Shown here: positions 1 through 8,420 of the stretch, in pieces
Layout of the letters: every line of letters starts with the position of its first letter
How positions within the stretch are numbered: the stretch's first letter is position 1
Source: a virus
Length of the DNA: 64,000 nucleotides
Strand: one strand, 5' to 3'
IMG/VR virus record: IMGVR_UViG_3300025073_000042
Location: 15,952 to 79,951 of that record
The notes under the pieces: generated by a model
What the model saw: only the letters and a program-made list of their open reading frames with translations
Told to the model about the DNA's origin: nothing
The model's database searches: none
Program-made: the position numbers and the translations under genes

Positions 1-1
1 C

Positions 2-454
2 TTCCAGGTCGCCGCCAGCTACGACGGCTACCAGTCGGCCCACAGCATTCAGATGCTGCGCCAAGCGCAGGTGCCCTGCAAGACCTACTCCGTCGATCGC
101 GGCACCCAAGCCTACGACACCCTGCTCGACCTCGTGACCCAGGGCCGCCTCAAGCTCCCCGAGTGCGACGTGCTGCTCGCCGAGCTGCTGGGTCTGGAGT
201 ACGACCAGGCCAAGGGCAAGGTCGATCACAGCCTCTCCGGGAGCAAGGATCTCGCAGACGCCCTCGCCGGTGCCGCGTTCCACGTCATCGCCTTGGGGAT
301 GCAGCGCGTCGAGACCGGCGCCTCCGCCTCGAAGATCAGCGCCCTGCCCGGGGGGCTCGACGAGCGTATCTCTGGACGCATGGCCGAGATCGAGCGCAAG
401 GCCCAGGAGGCCTTCGAGCGGATGCAAGAGCGGCTCGGGCAGAAGGCGTCGTAG
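2..454 (+). CDS. terL: Terminase large subunit, C-terminal RNase H-like nuclease part (5'-truncated by window edge)
   Basis: Frame open from nt 2. Motifs YDGYQS..IQ.L, LL.EL.GLE and KVDH..SGSKDLADA.AG are typical of TerL C-termini; lies upstream of portal. Confidence 0.85.
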   Translation, partial: FQVAASYDGYQSAHSIQMLRQAQVPCKTYSVDRGTQAYDTLLDLVTQGRLKLPECDVLLAELLGLEYDQAKGKVDHSLSGSKDLADALAGAAFHVIALGMQRVETGASASKISALPGGLDERISGRMAEIERKAQEAFERMQERLGQKAS

Positions 455-498
455 CAGCCGTGCCAGAAAGCCCCAAGAATGCGCGTTTGTTGGGCTTT

Positions 499-562
499 GC
501 AGTCAAGCAGTCAAGCACACAAGCAGTCAAGCACACAAGCAGTCAAGCACACAAGCAGTCAA
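499..562. repeat. Tandem 16-bp repeat GCAGTCAAGCACACAA x3 plus flanking GCAGTCAA half-units
   Basis: Units at 507-522, 523-538 and 539-554; half-units at 499-506 and 555-562. Confidence 0.95.
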
Positions 563-580
563 CAGAGAGGATCCACCCCC

Positions 581-1006
581 ATGCGACCCCTGCACATCTA
601 CATCGCCGGCCCCTACACTGCTCCGACTCCCGACGAGGTCGAAGCCAACGTCATGGCTGCCGACCTCATCGCCCGTGAGTTGGCGGCCAAAGGGCACTTC
701 CCGTTCTGCCCACATCGGCAATCGCACGGCTGGGAGCGCGACGGCCGCTTCGGCTACGAGGACTACCTGCGGATCGACCTCGCGTGGCTTGGACGCTGCG
801 ATGCGCTGTTCCTGGTGGGCCGGTCGCCAGGCGCAGATCGCGAGGTTACGGAAGCCGAACGCCTTGGGCTGGCTGTCTGGACCCGGATCGAGGACGTGCC
901 GCCGGCAGACGAAGAGCATGAGCCGTTGTTCGACTTGATGGAGGCAACGGCCAGCCGAATGCTGGCCTACGACGATGCTATGGCTCGTGAACATATCTTA
1001 GACTGA
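581..1006 (+). CDS. DUF4406/DUF1937-like (nucleoside 2-deoxyribosyltransferase-like fold) protein
   Basis: IYIAGPY...G.FP.CPH...D..WL..CDA.....SPGA..E pattern; SD AGAGAGG before ATG 581. Confidence 0.75.
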   Translation: MRPLHIYIAGPYTAPTPDEVEANVMAADLIARELAAKGHFPFCPHRQSHGWERDGRFGYEDYLRIDLAWLGRCDALFLVGRSPGADREVTEAERLGLAVWTRIEDVPPADEEHEPLFDLMEATASRMLAYDDAMAREHILD

Positions 1007-1829
1007 CCATGCGCGAGGCGTCTGTGATGCCGCCAGCGGGTTCGCTGAAGCCTCATTGAGCCTTGAAGTGGGGCAAGGAGGCCAAGGCGAGGTTCCAGGC
1101 CCGTAGAATGCCCCACAGACGCCTTGACGCGCGGGGCGGGATGTGGTAGGGTGATGGGCGATGGTCGGCGCAGCACGGACGGACCCCCGCAGAGCCTGAA
1201 AGGACGCTCCAGACACTTCGCGAAAACCCCATAAAGCCCCAAACGACAGCCTTTCCTGAAGCAGAGGAAAAGCGAGGAAACCTCGCGGAAACCTCATTTT
1301 GCCCGTAGGATAGCCTGCCTGCCGCACAGCGCAGGCATTCCTCGGCTCTTTAGGCGGGCGCGCGGGCGCGCGATCACGCGCGACCCCCACACTTAGCGGA
1401 AACCTATCTGCCAACCAACCGCGAATACCCCAAAAGCCCGTCGTTGCAACGAAAATGGCCTATATACATGAGGCGATTTTTGCGAAAACCAAGTTTTCTA
1501 GTTTGCCGCTACTGGTGTGGAATGCCGAGATTTGAACGCGGATCGGGTTTTCGTCATGGCGCCCGACTGTGGAGCCGTGCCACCAGCGCCCATCGGGGGT
1601 CATCGAACCGCTTGACGGCGCGTTGCCAGTGTGGTAGGATGGTCGGCGAACCCTCGCACGGGTCACACGCAGTACGTCGCTCGCGTCGTTGCCGGAGAAT
1701 CGATGAAGCTGTTCGTAGCCACCCAGCCGCGGCGCGGTGGTTTTCGATCTTCGGATGAGTCGTTCCCCGGCCGTGGCTCCATGCCACGCGCCGGGGAGCG
1801 GCGGGCGACGAACAGGGAGGAGCCTTGCC

Positions 1830-2027
1830 ATGATCGACGCGCGGCTGTTGCCGGCTGACGTGATAGCGCAGATGCAGGCGACGGTTAGTGCCTGCGGGAT
1901 CGCCTTTTCCGGGTCGGACGAGGAGCCGAACTCGGTGGAGGTTGTGTGCAACGCGGCGACCGAGGCGGCGGCCGAGGTGTTGAAGCTCTACGCGCAGGCG
2001 TGGCTCGATCACCTGCGGGGTGAGTGA
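1830..2027 (+). CDS. Hypothetical protein
   Basis: SD GGAGGAG upstream; overlaps start of next gene. Confidence 0.55.
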   Translation: MIDARLLPADVIAQMQATVSACGIAFSGSDEEPNSVEVVCNAATEAAAEVLKLYAQAWLDHLRGE

Positions 2028-2467
2028 TGATCCGCCCCCTCCTCGCCGCGCTCGACCGCCTGATCTTCGTGCAGCCGCTCCTGGCCCGCGATGCCGAGGG
2101 CCGCTACGTCTCCCCCGCTGGCCGGGCGTACCGCGTGACCGTCGAGCCCCAGCCTGGCGCGGAGGCCGTGATCCTGGTTATGCTGCACGGCGCTCCCTGC
2201 GTGCCGAATACGTTTATCAACCACTTGCAGGTCCGTGTGGAGGCGAAGCCCGCCGCGATCGATGCGGCAATCCGCGAACTGCTGTCGCGGGCCGACGCGG
2301 CTGAGGCGCGGTTCACGGCGGTGAAGGCGCAGTTCGACTGGGAGGCGTTGACGACGCCGCCGCCCGAAGAAGAGCCTTTGCCCGCGGGTCTGCGCGAGGC
2401 GGTCCTATCTGGCTCGCCGTGGTCGGAGGAGCCGGCCGACTTCGAGACGGAAGCGAGAGAGGAGTGA
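2024..2467 (+). CDS. Hypothetical protein
   Basis: Coupled ORF with GC3-rich codons. Confidence 0.6.
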   Translation: MMIRPLLAALDRLIFVQPLLARDAEGRYVSPAGRAYRVTVEPQPGAEAVILVMLHGAPCVPNTFINHLQVRVEAKPAAIDAAIRELLSRADAAEARFTAVKAQFDWEALTTPPPEEEPLPAGLREAVLSGSPWSEEPADFETEAREE

Positions 2468-2473
2468 TTCCAG

Positions 2474-3187
2474 ATGGCGATGGAAGTCTGGTTCGAGGTC
2501 GCGTCCGGCGAAGTGCAGCAGCAGGCGCAGGCGCTCATCGCCGAGCACTACGCGCACGCCTACGGCGAGCAGCACGTCACAGCCGTTTTCCGGCACGCCG
2601 CCTACAGCGATAAGGGCGTCTGCCAGGACTGGCAGGCGGGAGGCGTCCGGACCCTCGGCAAGTGGGTGAAGGTCTCCGAGCAGTGGAAATGCCTAATGGT
2701 CGAGCCTGCGCCGGACATCGTGATCCTGCTCAACTACGAGGCGTGGGAAGAACTGACCTCAGCCCAGCGCACGGCGCTGCTCGATCACGAGTTGTACCAC
2801 GGCGTCCAGCGCGCCCACGACATCGGGGAGTTCGGGGAGATCCTCGAACGGCGCGGCGACTACCTGAGCCACATCGCGCTACACTTGCCGGCCGACGCTG
2901 ACCTGCCGCTGAGCGACCCGGAGACCGGCGAGCCTCTCGCGCACGACGAAGTCGCGGCGGAGCGGGCGCGTGCCGCAGAGCGCCTCGCCGCCGATCCGGC
3001 CTTCCGCCGGGCGGCCCGTGACCTCTGCCCGCAGGACGGGGACGGCATCGAGTCGGTGACGCTCAGCTCGCCGGGGCACGAGCCCGTCGTGCTGACCGGC
3101 GAGACGCGGAAGAAGCTCGATCCGATCTTCGACCGTCCAGACTTGGTGGCTGACGCCAAGCGCAAACTTGGACGGGGGGTCGCGTGA
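2474..3187 (+). CDS. Putative phage metallopeptidase
   Basis: HEXXH motif in ALLDHELYH, followed by HDIGEFGEILER.G. Confidence 0.75.
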   Translation: MAMEVWFEVASGEVQQQAQALIAEHYAHAYGEQHVTAVFRHAAYSDKGVCQDWQAGGVRTLGKWVKVSEQWKCLMVEPAPDIVILLNYEAWEELTSAQRTALLDHELYHGVQRAHDIGEFGEILERRGDYLSHIALHLPADADLPLSDPETGEPLAHDEVAAERARAAERLAADPAFRRAARDLCPQDGDGIESVTLSSPGHEPVVLTGETRKKLDPIFDRPDLVADAKRKLGRGVA

Positions 3188-3262
3188 ATAGCGAGTGATC
3201 TCTTGACAATCCGCGCCCTGCGTAGCACAATCCTCGCCGATCCCTCCCTGAGGTGACGGCCC

Positions 3263-5107
3263 GTGAAGACCGCCTTGCCGATCCCCCGCTCGCACACGCC
3301 GACCGTCGAGCTGCTGTCCAAGGCCGCGCCGAGGCGCCGGGCCTTCCCAAGCGACCAGCGCATCTCCGGCAGCCGTCAGGCGCGCGCGCCCTCTGAACTC
3401 TCGCACCTCGCGCAGACTGGCAACGCGATGGTGCAGAGCCGCTTGTTCAGGACGCGGCGCAACGATCCGGATGTGTACGGGATGCTGAGCCGGCTGCGCT
3501 CGCGGGTCCCCGAGCACCGCATCGTGGAGTCCGAGGGCTTCGAGGGAAAGGGCGACGATGCGACGCGCGAGGGGCTGCTGCGGCTGTTCCACCGGCCTGA
3601 CGGACAGCATTCGTACCGCCAGCTTCTGTCGGTGAGCGTTGACCGGCTGAAGTGCATCGGTTCGGCGCACTGGTTGCTGCGCCGGGCCGAGGAGGTGCGC
3701 GAGCAGCTTGGGCAGCGGGTGGACGTGCTGGCGAAGGACCTGTTGGCCGAGTATCCCGGCCTGCCGACCGGCGTGCTGAGCGCGCTGTGCAACAGCTTTG
3801 CGCGGGAGCTGAGCAAGCAGGTCGAGACGCGCGGCGACTCGGACGTGGTGGGCTTCGAGGTCATGTACGGGTACGTCTGCCAGCATCCCAAGGACGAGAC
3901 GAAGTACGTGCAGACCGTCGGGAGCGGGATGCGCGGCACGCAGGAGTTCGAGGCGCGCGACGTAGTGGAGTTCATCCGGCTGGACCCGGAGACAGGTCGG
4001 CCGCTGGGGGCGCTCGCGACGCTGGAGGCCTGGAGCGACGCTTCGATCTGGGCGTTCTTGCTGAATCGCGACTCCGCGCGGACCGGGGCGATGGCTGATC
4101 GCATGATCGCCATCGAGGGTTTGAGCGACGCAGAGCGTTCGCGCATCGAGGGTCTCATGCTGTACCGCGCGGACCCGACGCAGACGGACAAGGGTTTCAT
4201 CCCGATGCTCTTGTCGCTGCAGGCGTCGTTCGAGGGGCGGGCCCCGGTGATCCACGATGTCGAGCTGTCGAACAAGTCTCGTGATGCGGGTTGGATCGAG
4301 TGGGACCGAGACGTTCTCAAGAAGCGCAAGGGCGCGGTGACGGGGGTGCCCCTGCCGCTCGTGGACGAGTGGCAGACGGTGAACCGGGCGTCGCTCGACG
4401 CTTACTACCAGCTCTTGATCGACTTCGAGTGGTGGCCGCTGTTCTGCGACCTGAACGACCCGATCAACGACCGCATCCTGCAGGACGAACTCGGCGTGCA
4501 GGACTGGATACACGAGTTCGTGGAGCCCGACCTACGGAGCAGCGAGGAGCGGTTTCGGCAGGACATGGAGCAGATGGGCGCGGGGCTGCGGACGCCCTAC
4601 GCGATGATCGCCGACGAGGAGGGAGCGCCCGAAGCAGACCGGATTATCGCCGACCTCGATGCCCGTGGTCTGGACGGCGGCGTTTTGAAGCTCCCGTGGT
4701 TCAAGACCGGCAAGGGCTGGCAGCCGATCACGGAGGTCGTTGGCCGCAAGGGCGAGCCGCCGCCGACGGTCGGGGCGCAGGACCTCGCGCGACAGATGCA
4801 GGGGAAGCCGGGCCCGTCGCTCAACGATCCGAACGCCGAGCCCGACGAAGAGCAACCTCCGCCCGAACTTGAGAAGCAACTCGCGGCGCTTGACGCCTGG
4901 CAGACGGCGTGCAACGAAGCTCTGAGCAAGGGCCTTGATCCGGGCACGGCGTGGCCGGACGAGGTGAGCGTGTATGACATCGAGGAGCGCCACCTGCGTG
5001 ATGTGGATGCACGGTTGACGGGCGCAGAAACGAAGCCCGAGGTGTCGGACGCCTTCGCGCCGGCGCGGCGGGCGCTGCGCGACGGGCTGAAGGCGGTGAC
5101 GGCATGA
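3263..5107 (+). CDS. Portal protein
   Basis: 614 aa; between terminase and head-morphogenesis genes; portal-like spacing of segments (EFEARDVVEFIR, GVPLPLV, FVEPDLR). Confidence 0.75.
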   Translation: MKTALPIPRSHTPTVELLSKAAPRRRAFPSDQRISGSRQARAPSELSHLAQTGNAMVQSRLFRTRRNDPDVYGMLSRLRSRVPEHRIVESEGFEGKGDDATREGLLRLFHRPDGQHSYRQLLSVSVDRLKCIGSAHWLLRRAEEVREQLGQRVDVLAKDLLAEYPGLPTGVLSALCNSFARELSKQVETRGDSDVVGFEVMYGYVCQHPKDETKYVQTVGSGMRGTQEFEARDVVEFIRLDPETGRPLGALATLEAWSDASIWAFLLNRDSARTGAMADRMIAIEGLSDAERSRIEGLMLYRADPTQTDKGFIPMLLSLQASFEGRAPVIHDVELSNKSRDAGWIEWDRDVLKKRKGAVTGVPLPLVDEWQTVNRASLDAYYQLLIDFEWWPLFCDLNDPINDRILQDELGVQDWIHEFVEPDLRSSEERFRQDMEQMGAGLRTPYAMIADEEGAPEADRIIADLDARGLDGGVLKLPWFKTGKGWQPITEVVGRKGEPPPTVGAQDLARQMQGKPGPSLNDPNAEPDEEQPPPELEKQLAALDAWQTACNEALSKGLDPGTAWPDEVSVYDIEERHLRDVDARLTGAETKPEVSDAFAPARRALRDGLKAVTA

Positions 5108-5301
5108 TGCTCAAACGCCGCCCAGGCGAGACGCGCGAAGCCTGGCAGGCGCGGGTCGCACGGCAGCGCGCGGACGACGTGAAGCCGGGGGACCTGGCGC
5201 AGGGCTACTACGACCTGACGACGCGCGTCGCAGCGCGGATGGTGCGCTTCGCGCGGCGGTTGGACCGCGAGCTACCGGCGCTGAAGCAGCCGGGGTCGTG
5301 A
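5104..5301 (+). CDS. Hypothetical protein
   Basis: ATGA overlap with portal stop. Confidence 0.5.
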   Translation: MMLKRRPGETREAWQARVARQRADDVKPGDLAQGYYDLTTRVAARMVRFARRLDRELPALKQPGS

Positions 5302-5325
5302 ACGACGGATCACAGAGAGGAGCAC

Positions 5326-5706
5326 ATGACACCCCAACCCGACCCCGACCCTCCCGAATTACTCGGCTCGATCACCGACCTTCGCGCCTCACGCGATCCG
5401 CTAACGCCCGAGGAACTGGAACTCCACGAGCTGCGCGAGTTGATCCGGCAGGCGTGCGCGAAGGGCCACGCGCAGACGGAGGCGATCCTGCAAGCCCTCG
5501 CTGAGGCGACGAACGCCTCGGTGCTGGTGGTGCGGCCGGTGGACTTCCAGGACGCCGAAGCCGCGACTCGCCTGCGCGACATGCTGGCGAAGGCGCTGGG
5601 CTGCGGGATCGTGCTGTTCCCCTCGCGGATGAACGAGGTCTTCATGCGGGCCGTAGAAGTGGCGCGCGCCGAGGTGCGCGAGGCAGCAGCCTCGAAAGTG
5701 AACTGA
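5326..5706 (+). CDS. Hypothetical protein
   Basis: SD AGAGAGGAG upstream. Confidence 0.6.
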   Translation: MTPQPDPDPPELLGSITDLRASRDPLTPEELELHELRELIRQACAKGHAQTEAILQALAEATNASVLVVRPVDFQDAEAATRLRDMLAKALGCGIVLFPSRMNEVFMRAVEVARAEVREAAASKVN

Positions 5707-5707
5707 C

Positions 5708-6625
5708 ATGCCCCGCGCCGTCCCCCTCCCCGGCCAGGGAACGCGCCGCGCCCTCGGCGCGGTGCAGCAGCGCGAGTTCCCCTGGCTGAACGCGGCGACC
5801 GAGAAGAAGCTGCGCGGGGCGACGACCCGCGAGCAGTGGATCGACCGGGTGGCGAACGCCACGAGCTACAACCAGCGGGACAGCGACGAGCTGGCCGAGC
5901 GCATCTTCAAGACCCGACTGCGCTGCTACGAGGATCGGGTGACGACCGAGCTGCGTCGGACGGGGGTCCTGAAGCCCGGCGACCGCTGGCGGCTCTCGCC
6001 GGATGCGAAGCTGCGCACGGAGCTGCTCGACGAGTCACATCAGCAGGTCGAGCGAATCTCGGCGACCTACGATCGCGACCGCGGCGCTTGGGCGAAGCGC
6101 ATGAAGGGCCAGCGCGTCCGTCAGAACCGCTACGGCGTGGCGAAGGACTTCGACGAGTGGAACGAGAGGCGGGCGGCGTGGAAGGCGAAGCAGATCGAGG
6201 ACACGGAGTCGATGCTCGCGGACATGCGGGCGGGCGATGACCTGTACTCGAAGAGCGGGATCGCGGACCCGAAGCGGGACAAGTCCTGGTACTGGCAGAC
6301 GACGGCCAGCCGGGCGGGGGGCCTCGTGCGCAAGACGCGAGCGAGAGGCGCGGGGAGAGGCCGGAAGTCCGGCAAGACGAAGGCGGCGGAGGGCCCCTGC
6401 GCGAGGTGCCTGCGCGTCCAGGCAGGCAACCCGTATACCCGGAAGGCGCTGATCCAGCGGGCGAAGGACCTCGGCGCCATCGACCCCAAGCACTTCGTGA
6501 TGCACCCGAACGAACGCTGCACGGTCCTCTTCAAGCCGGGCGGCCAGGCGCTGCGGACGAAGGCCAACCGGGCAAAGGCAGAGAAGTGGGCGGCGCGGTA
6601 CGGCGAGATCGAGAGGGCGGCCTAA
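5708..6625 (+). CDS. Head morphogenesis / minor capsid protein (Mu gpF / SPP1 gp7-like)
   Basis: W.W...CxxC...HPNERC motif; basic protein after portal. Confidence 0.7.
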   Translation: MPRAVPLPGQGTRRALGAVQQREFPWLNAATEKKLRGATTREQWIDRVANATSYNQRDSDELAERIFKTRLRCYEDRVTTELRRTGVLKPGDRWRLSPDAKLRTELLDESHQQVERISATYDRDRGAWAKRMKGQRVRQNRYGVAKDFDEWNERRAAWKAKQIEDTESMLADMRAGDDLYSKSGIADPKRDKSWYWQTTASRAGGLVRKTRARGAGRGRKSGKTKAAEGPCARCLRVQAGNPYTRKALIQRAKDLGAIDPKHFVMHPNERCTVLFKPGGQALRTKANRAKAEKWAARYGEIERAA

Positions 6626-6643
6626 CAGAGAGGAGCATCGAGC

Positions 6644-6934
6644 ATGTACTGCCACTGCCTGGCCTGTCGCAAGCATCCGCGACACGGGGGCCTCAACAGC
6701 AAAGACGAAGACGAAGCGGTAGCGATGTACGTTCAGTGCTTTGATCGAAGCGAACATCCCGTCAAGCTCAGCGATGACGTCCGCAACCTTGTGTGCTATG
6801 GGGAAAGTGGCCCCCTGGTACACGGTCCTCGTGTGGATGCAGAGTTCACCTGCGCTGCCTACGACGAATGCTCCGGCTGCCCGGTTTGCCAGCCGTTGCC
6901 GACGTGGGCGAAGGAGAGGTACGGGGAGCCATGA
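6644..6934 (+). CDS. Cys-rich hypothetical protein
   Basis: SD AGAGAGGAG; several CxxC motifs. Confidence 0.55.
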   Translation: MYCHCLACRKHPRHGGLNSKDEDEAVAMYVQCFDRSEHPVKLSDDVRNLVCYGESGPLVHGPRVDAEFTCAAYDECSGCPVCQPLPTWAKERYGEP

Positions 6935-7107
6935 CCCGCGAGCAGGCTGACCAAAACATGCGTCGGATGATCCATCGGTCCCTTACGAATCCCGAGCGGC
7001 GTCCGCTCGTTATCGGACCAACAGCCGCCCGCGAGTTCGCTCGGCAATTCGGGAAGCTGCCGAGTGGGATAGTCGTTGCGCAGAGGGTACGGGAGGCGGC
7101 CCCATGA
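6931..7107 (+). CDS. Hypothetical protein
   Basis: ATGA overlaps on both sides. Confidence 0.5.
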   Translation: MTREQADQNMRRMIHRSLTNPERRPLVIGPTAAREFARQFGKLPSGIVVAQRVREAAP

Positions 7108-7448
7108 CCCGCATCCTCGTCCCCGACACCAAGCTCGCCGAGGCCGACCTCGCGCACATCGCCGACTGGCCGGCGGACCTCATCGACATCGACGCGACGG
7201 CGACCGTCCGGCGCGCTGACGGCGAACTGCGGACGGGGGTCGTCTGGTTCTACTCGGAGGACCGCGAGTGGTGCGTGGCTTTCACCTTAGAGCAGGTGCA
7301 GGCGCATCGCCTCCACGACCGCGGCTCGCCGCTCAACTTCCGCCGCCTCGTCGAAGCCGAGATCGAATCTTCCCGCCGCTCGCACATGCAGGGCGGCGCA
7401 TGGGTGAGGCCGGGATGCAGCCCCAGGTCCACGATCCTCCAGCCGTGA
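7104..7448 (+). CDS. Hypothetical protein
   Basis: Coupled ORF with GGAGG SD. Confidence 0.6.
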   Translation: MTRILVPDTKLAEADLAHIADWPADLIDIDATATVRRADGELRTGVVWFYSEDREWCVAFTLEQVQAHRLHDRGSPLNFRRLVEAEIESSRRSHMQGGAWVRPGCSPRSTILQP

Positions 7449-7648
7449 CCGCCGAACTGCTTCCGCGCGGCGGGGACGAGGTGTGCGTCGTCTGTGGGGC
7501 CTCGGGCTGCGCGGGGCGGCCCTACGCGCGCCCCCGGGTGCTGGCGCTCACGCGCGTCGAGCGGCTGTTGGGGGGCGAGTTGCAGCGGGCGGCGGGCCGT
7601 GCGTTCGAGGCGACGTGCCCGAGGTGCGGGGCGACGAATCAGCTGTGA
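7445..7648 (+). CDS. Small zinc-ribbon protein (Com-like C-terminus)
   Basis: CVVC...CPRCGATN; GTGA overlap with upstream stop. Confidence 0.5.
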   Translation: MTAELLPRGGDEVCVVCGASGCAGRPYARPRVLALTRVERLLGGELQRAAGRAFEATCPRCGATNQL

Positions 7649-7652
7649 TGGC

Positions 7653-7681
7653 TTGACGCGATAGGGTGTTCGCAGTATGCT
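7653..7681 (+). promoter_or_regulatory. Sigma70-type promoter
   Basis: TTGACG-17 bp-TATGCT. Confidence 0.75.
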
Positions 7682-7687
7682 GACCTC

Positions 7688-7908
7688 GCTCGTCCCAGGT
7701 AATGACCTCGCGAGGGGTCAGGTGAGCAGCCGCGGTGGGGAATCCGCCCCGTCCCGGAGCGGCACCCCCGGTCCCGTTTGAGGAGCGTGTACCCGGACTC
7801 AATCCCGTGGCCACGGGGAGTTCGGGGGCGCCGGCCATAACCTGGCTAAACCCGCCCATGTCTTCACATGGGCTGAAGGCCGCTCCGCGAGGGGCGGCCT
7901 TCGCTTTG
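7688..7908 (+). ncRNA. Putative ~220-nt structured ncRNA (unassigned family)
   Basis: Between promoter and terminal hairpin; closing stem CCAGGT(A)ATG / CAT(A)ACCTGG; several internal hairpins, two with GCGA tetraloops; no SD-led ORF. Confidence 0.6.
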
Positions 7909-7912
7909 GGGG

Positions 7913-7941
7913 TTGACATCATCGACGGCTCTAGGTATACT
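7913..7941 (+). promoter_or_regulatory. Near-consensus sigma70 promoter driving the GGY-NN array and RAMP-like gene
   Basis: TTGACA (7913-7918)-17 bp-TATACT (7936-7941). Confidence 0.85.
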
Positions 7942-8060
7942 GAAAGCACTTCGAGAGCTGTGCGGGTTTTGCGTTTTCGGACAACCTCTTCGGCCCCGGC
8001 AGCCCGCGCAGCTCTCGAAGGCAGCGCAAGCAGTCGGGGCCGATTTGTGTTTCAATGAGA

Positions 8061-8420
8061 GGCGAGGCGTGGTACGGTACGGCGGGCTCGGGTTTGGTTG
8101 GGCGGGGCAAGGCAGGGCGAGGGTCGTTTGCTATCATCCGCTTCCATTGGCGTGGTGTGGCCGGGTGATGTGTGTTTTGGTGGGTCCTGGCGGGGTGAGG
8201 TTGGGCGAGGCGAGGCGAGGGCTGTAACCGCCATTCTACCTCTTCACGAGGTGAGGCGCGGTCCGGCTTGGTCCGGCTTGGTAAGGTAGGGTAGGGGTCG
8301 TTCGCCATCATCCATCTTCTCACGGTGAGGCAAGGTCAGGTGCGGCAAGGTCAGGTGAGGTGCGGTCTGGTCTGGTGCGGCAAGGTTTGGTCCGGCGAGG
8401 CGAGGCAGGGCGAGGGTCGT
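8061..8420 (+). repeat. Four-unit array of phased GGY-NN pentamer tracts (putative guide-RNA array, VIPR-like)
   Basis: Tracts 8061-8120 (12 pentamers), 8149-8218 (14), 8250-8294 (9) and 8324-8413 (18). Each ends in GGGTCGT or GGGCTGT; tracts are separated by 21-24 nt C/T-rich linkers. Confidence 0.9.

Noticed and set aside
7688-7908. tRNA, tmRNA, SRP, RNase P, hammerhead or twister assignment
   Set aside because: Diagnostic conserved cores are absent or only partial (e.g. CCGGTCCC without twister spacing).
8061-8420. Classical CRISPR array
   Set aside because: No 25-45 bp identical repeats with unique spacers and no cas1/cas2; the periodicity is 5 nt.
8061-8420. Simple microsatellite or G-quadruplex-only explanation
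   Set aside because: GG runs could form two-tier G4, but that does not explain the invariant pyrimidine, free NN, conserved tract ends and adjacent RAMP-like gene. Not excluded as a secondary property.
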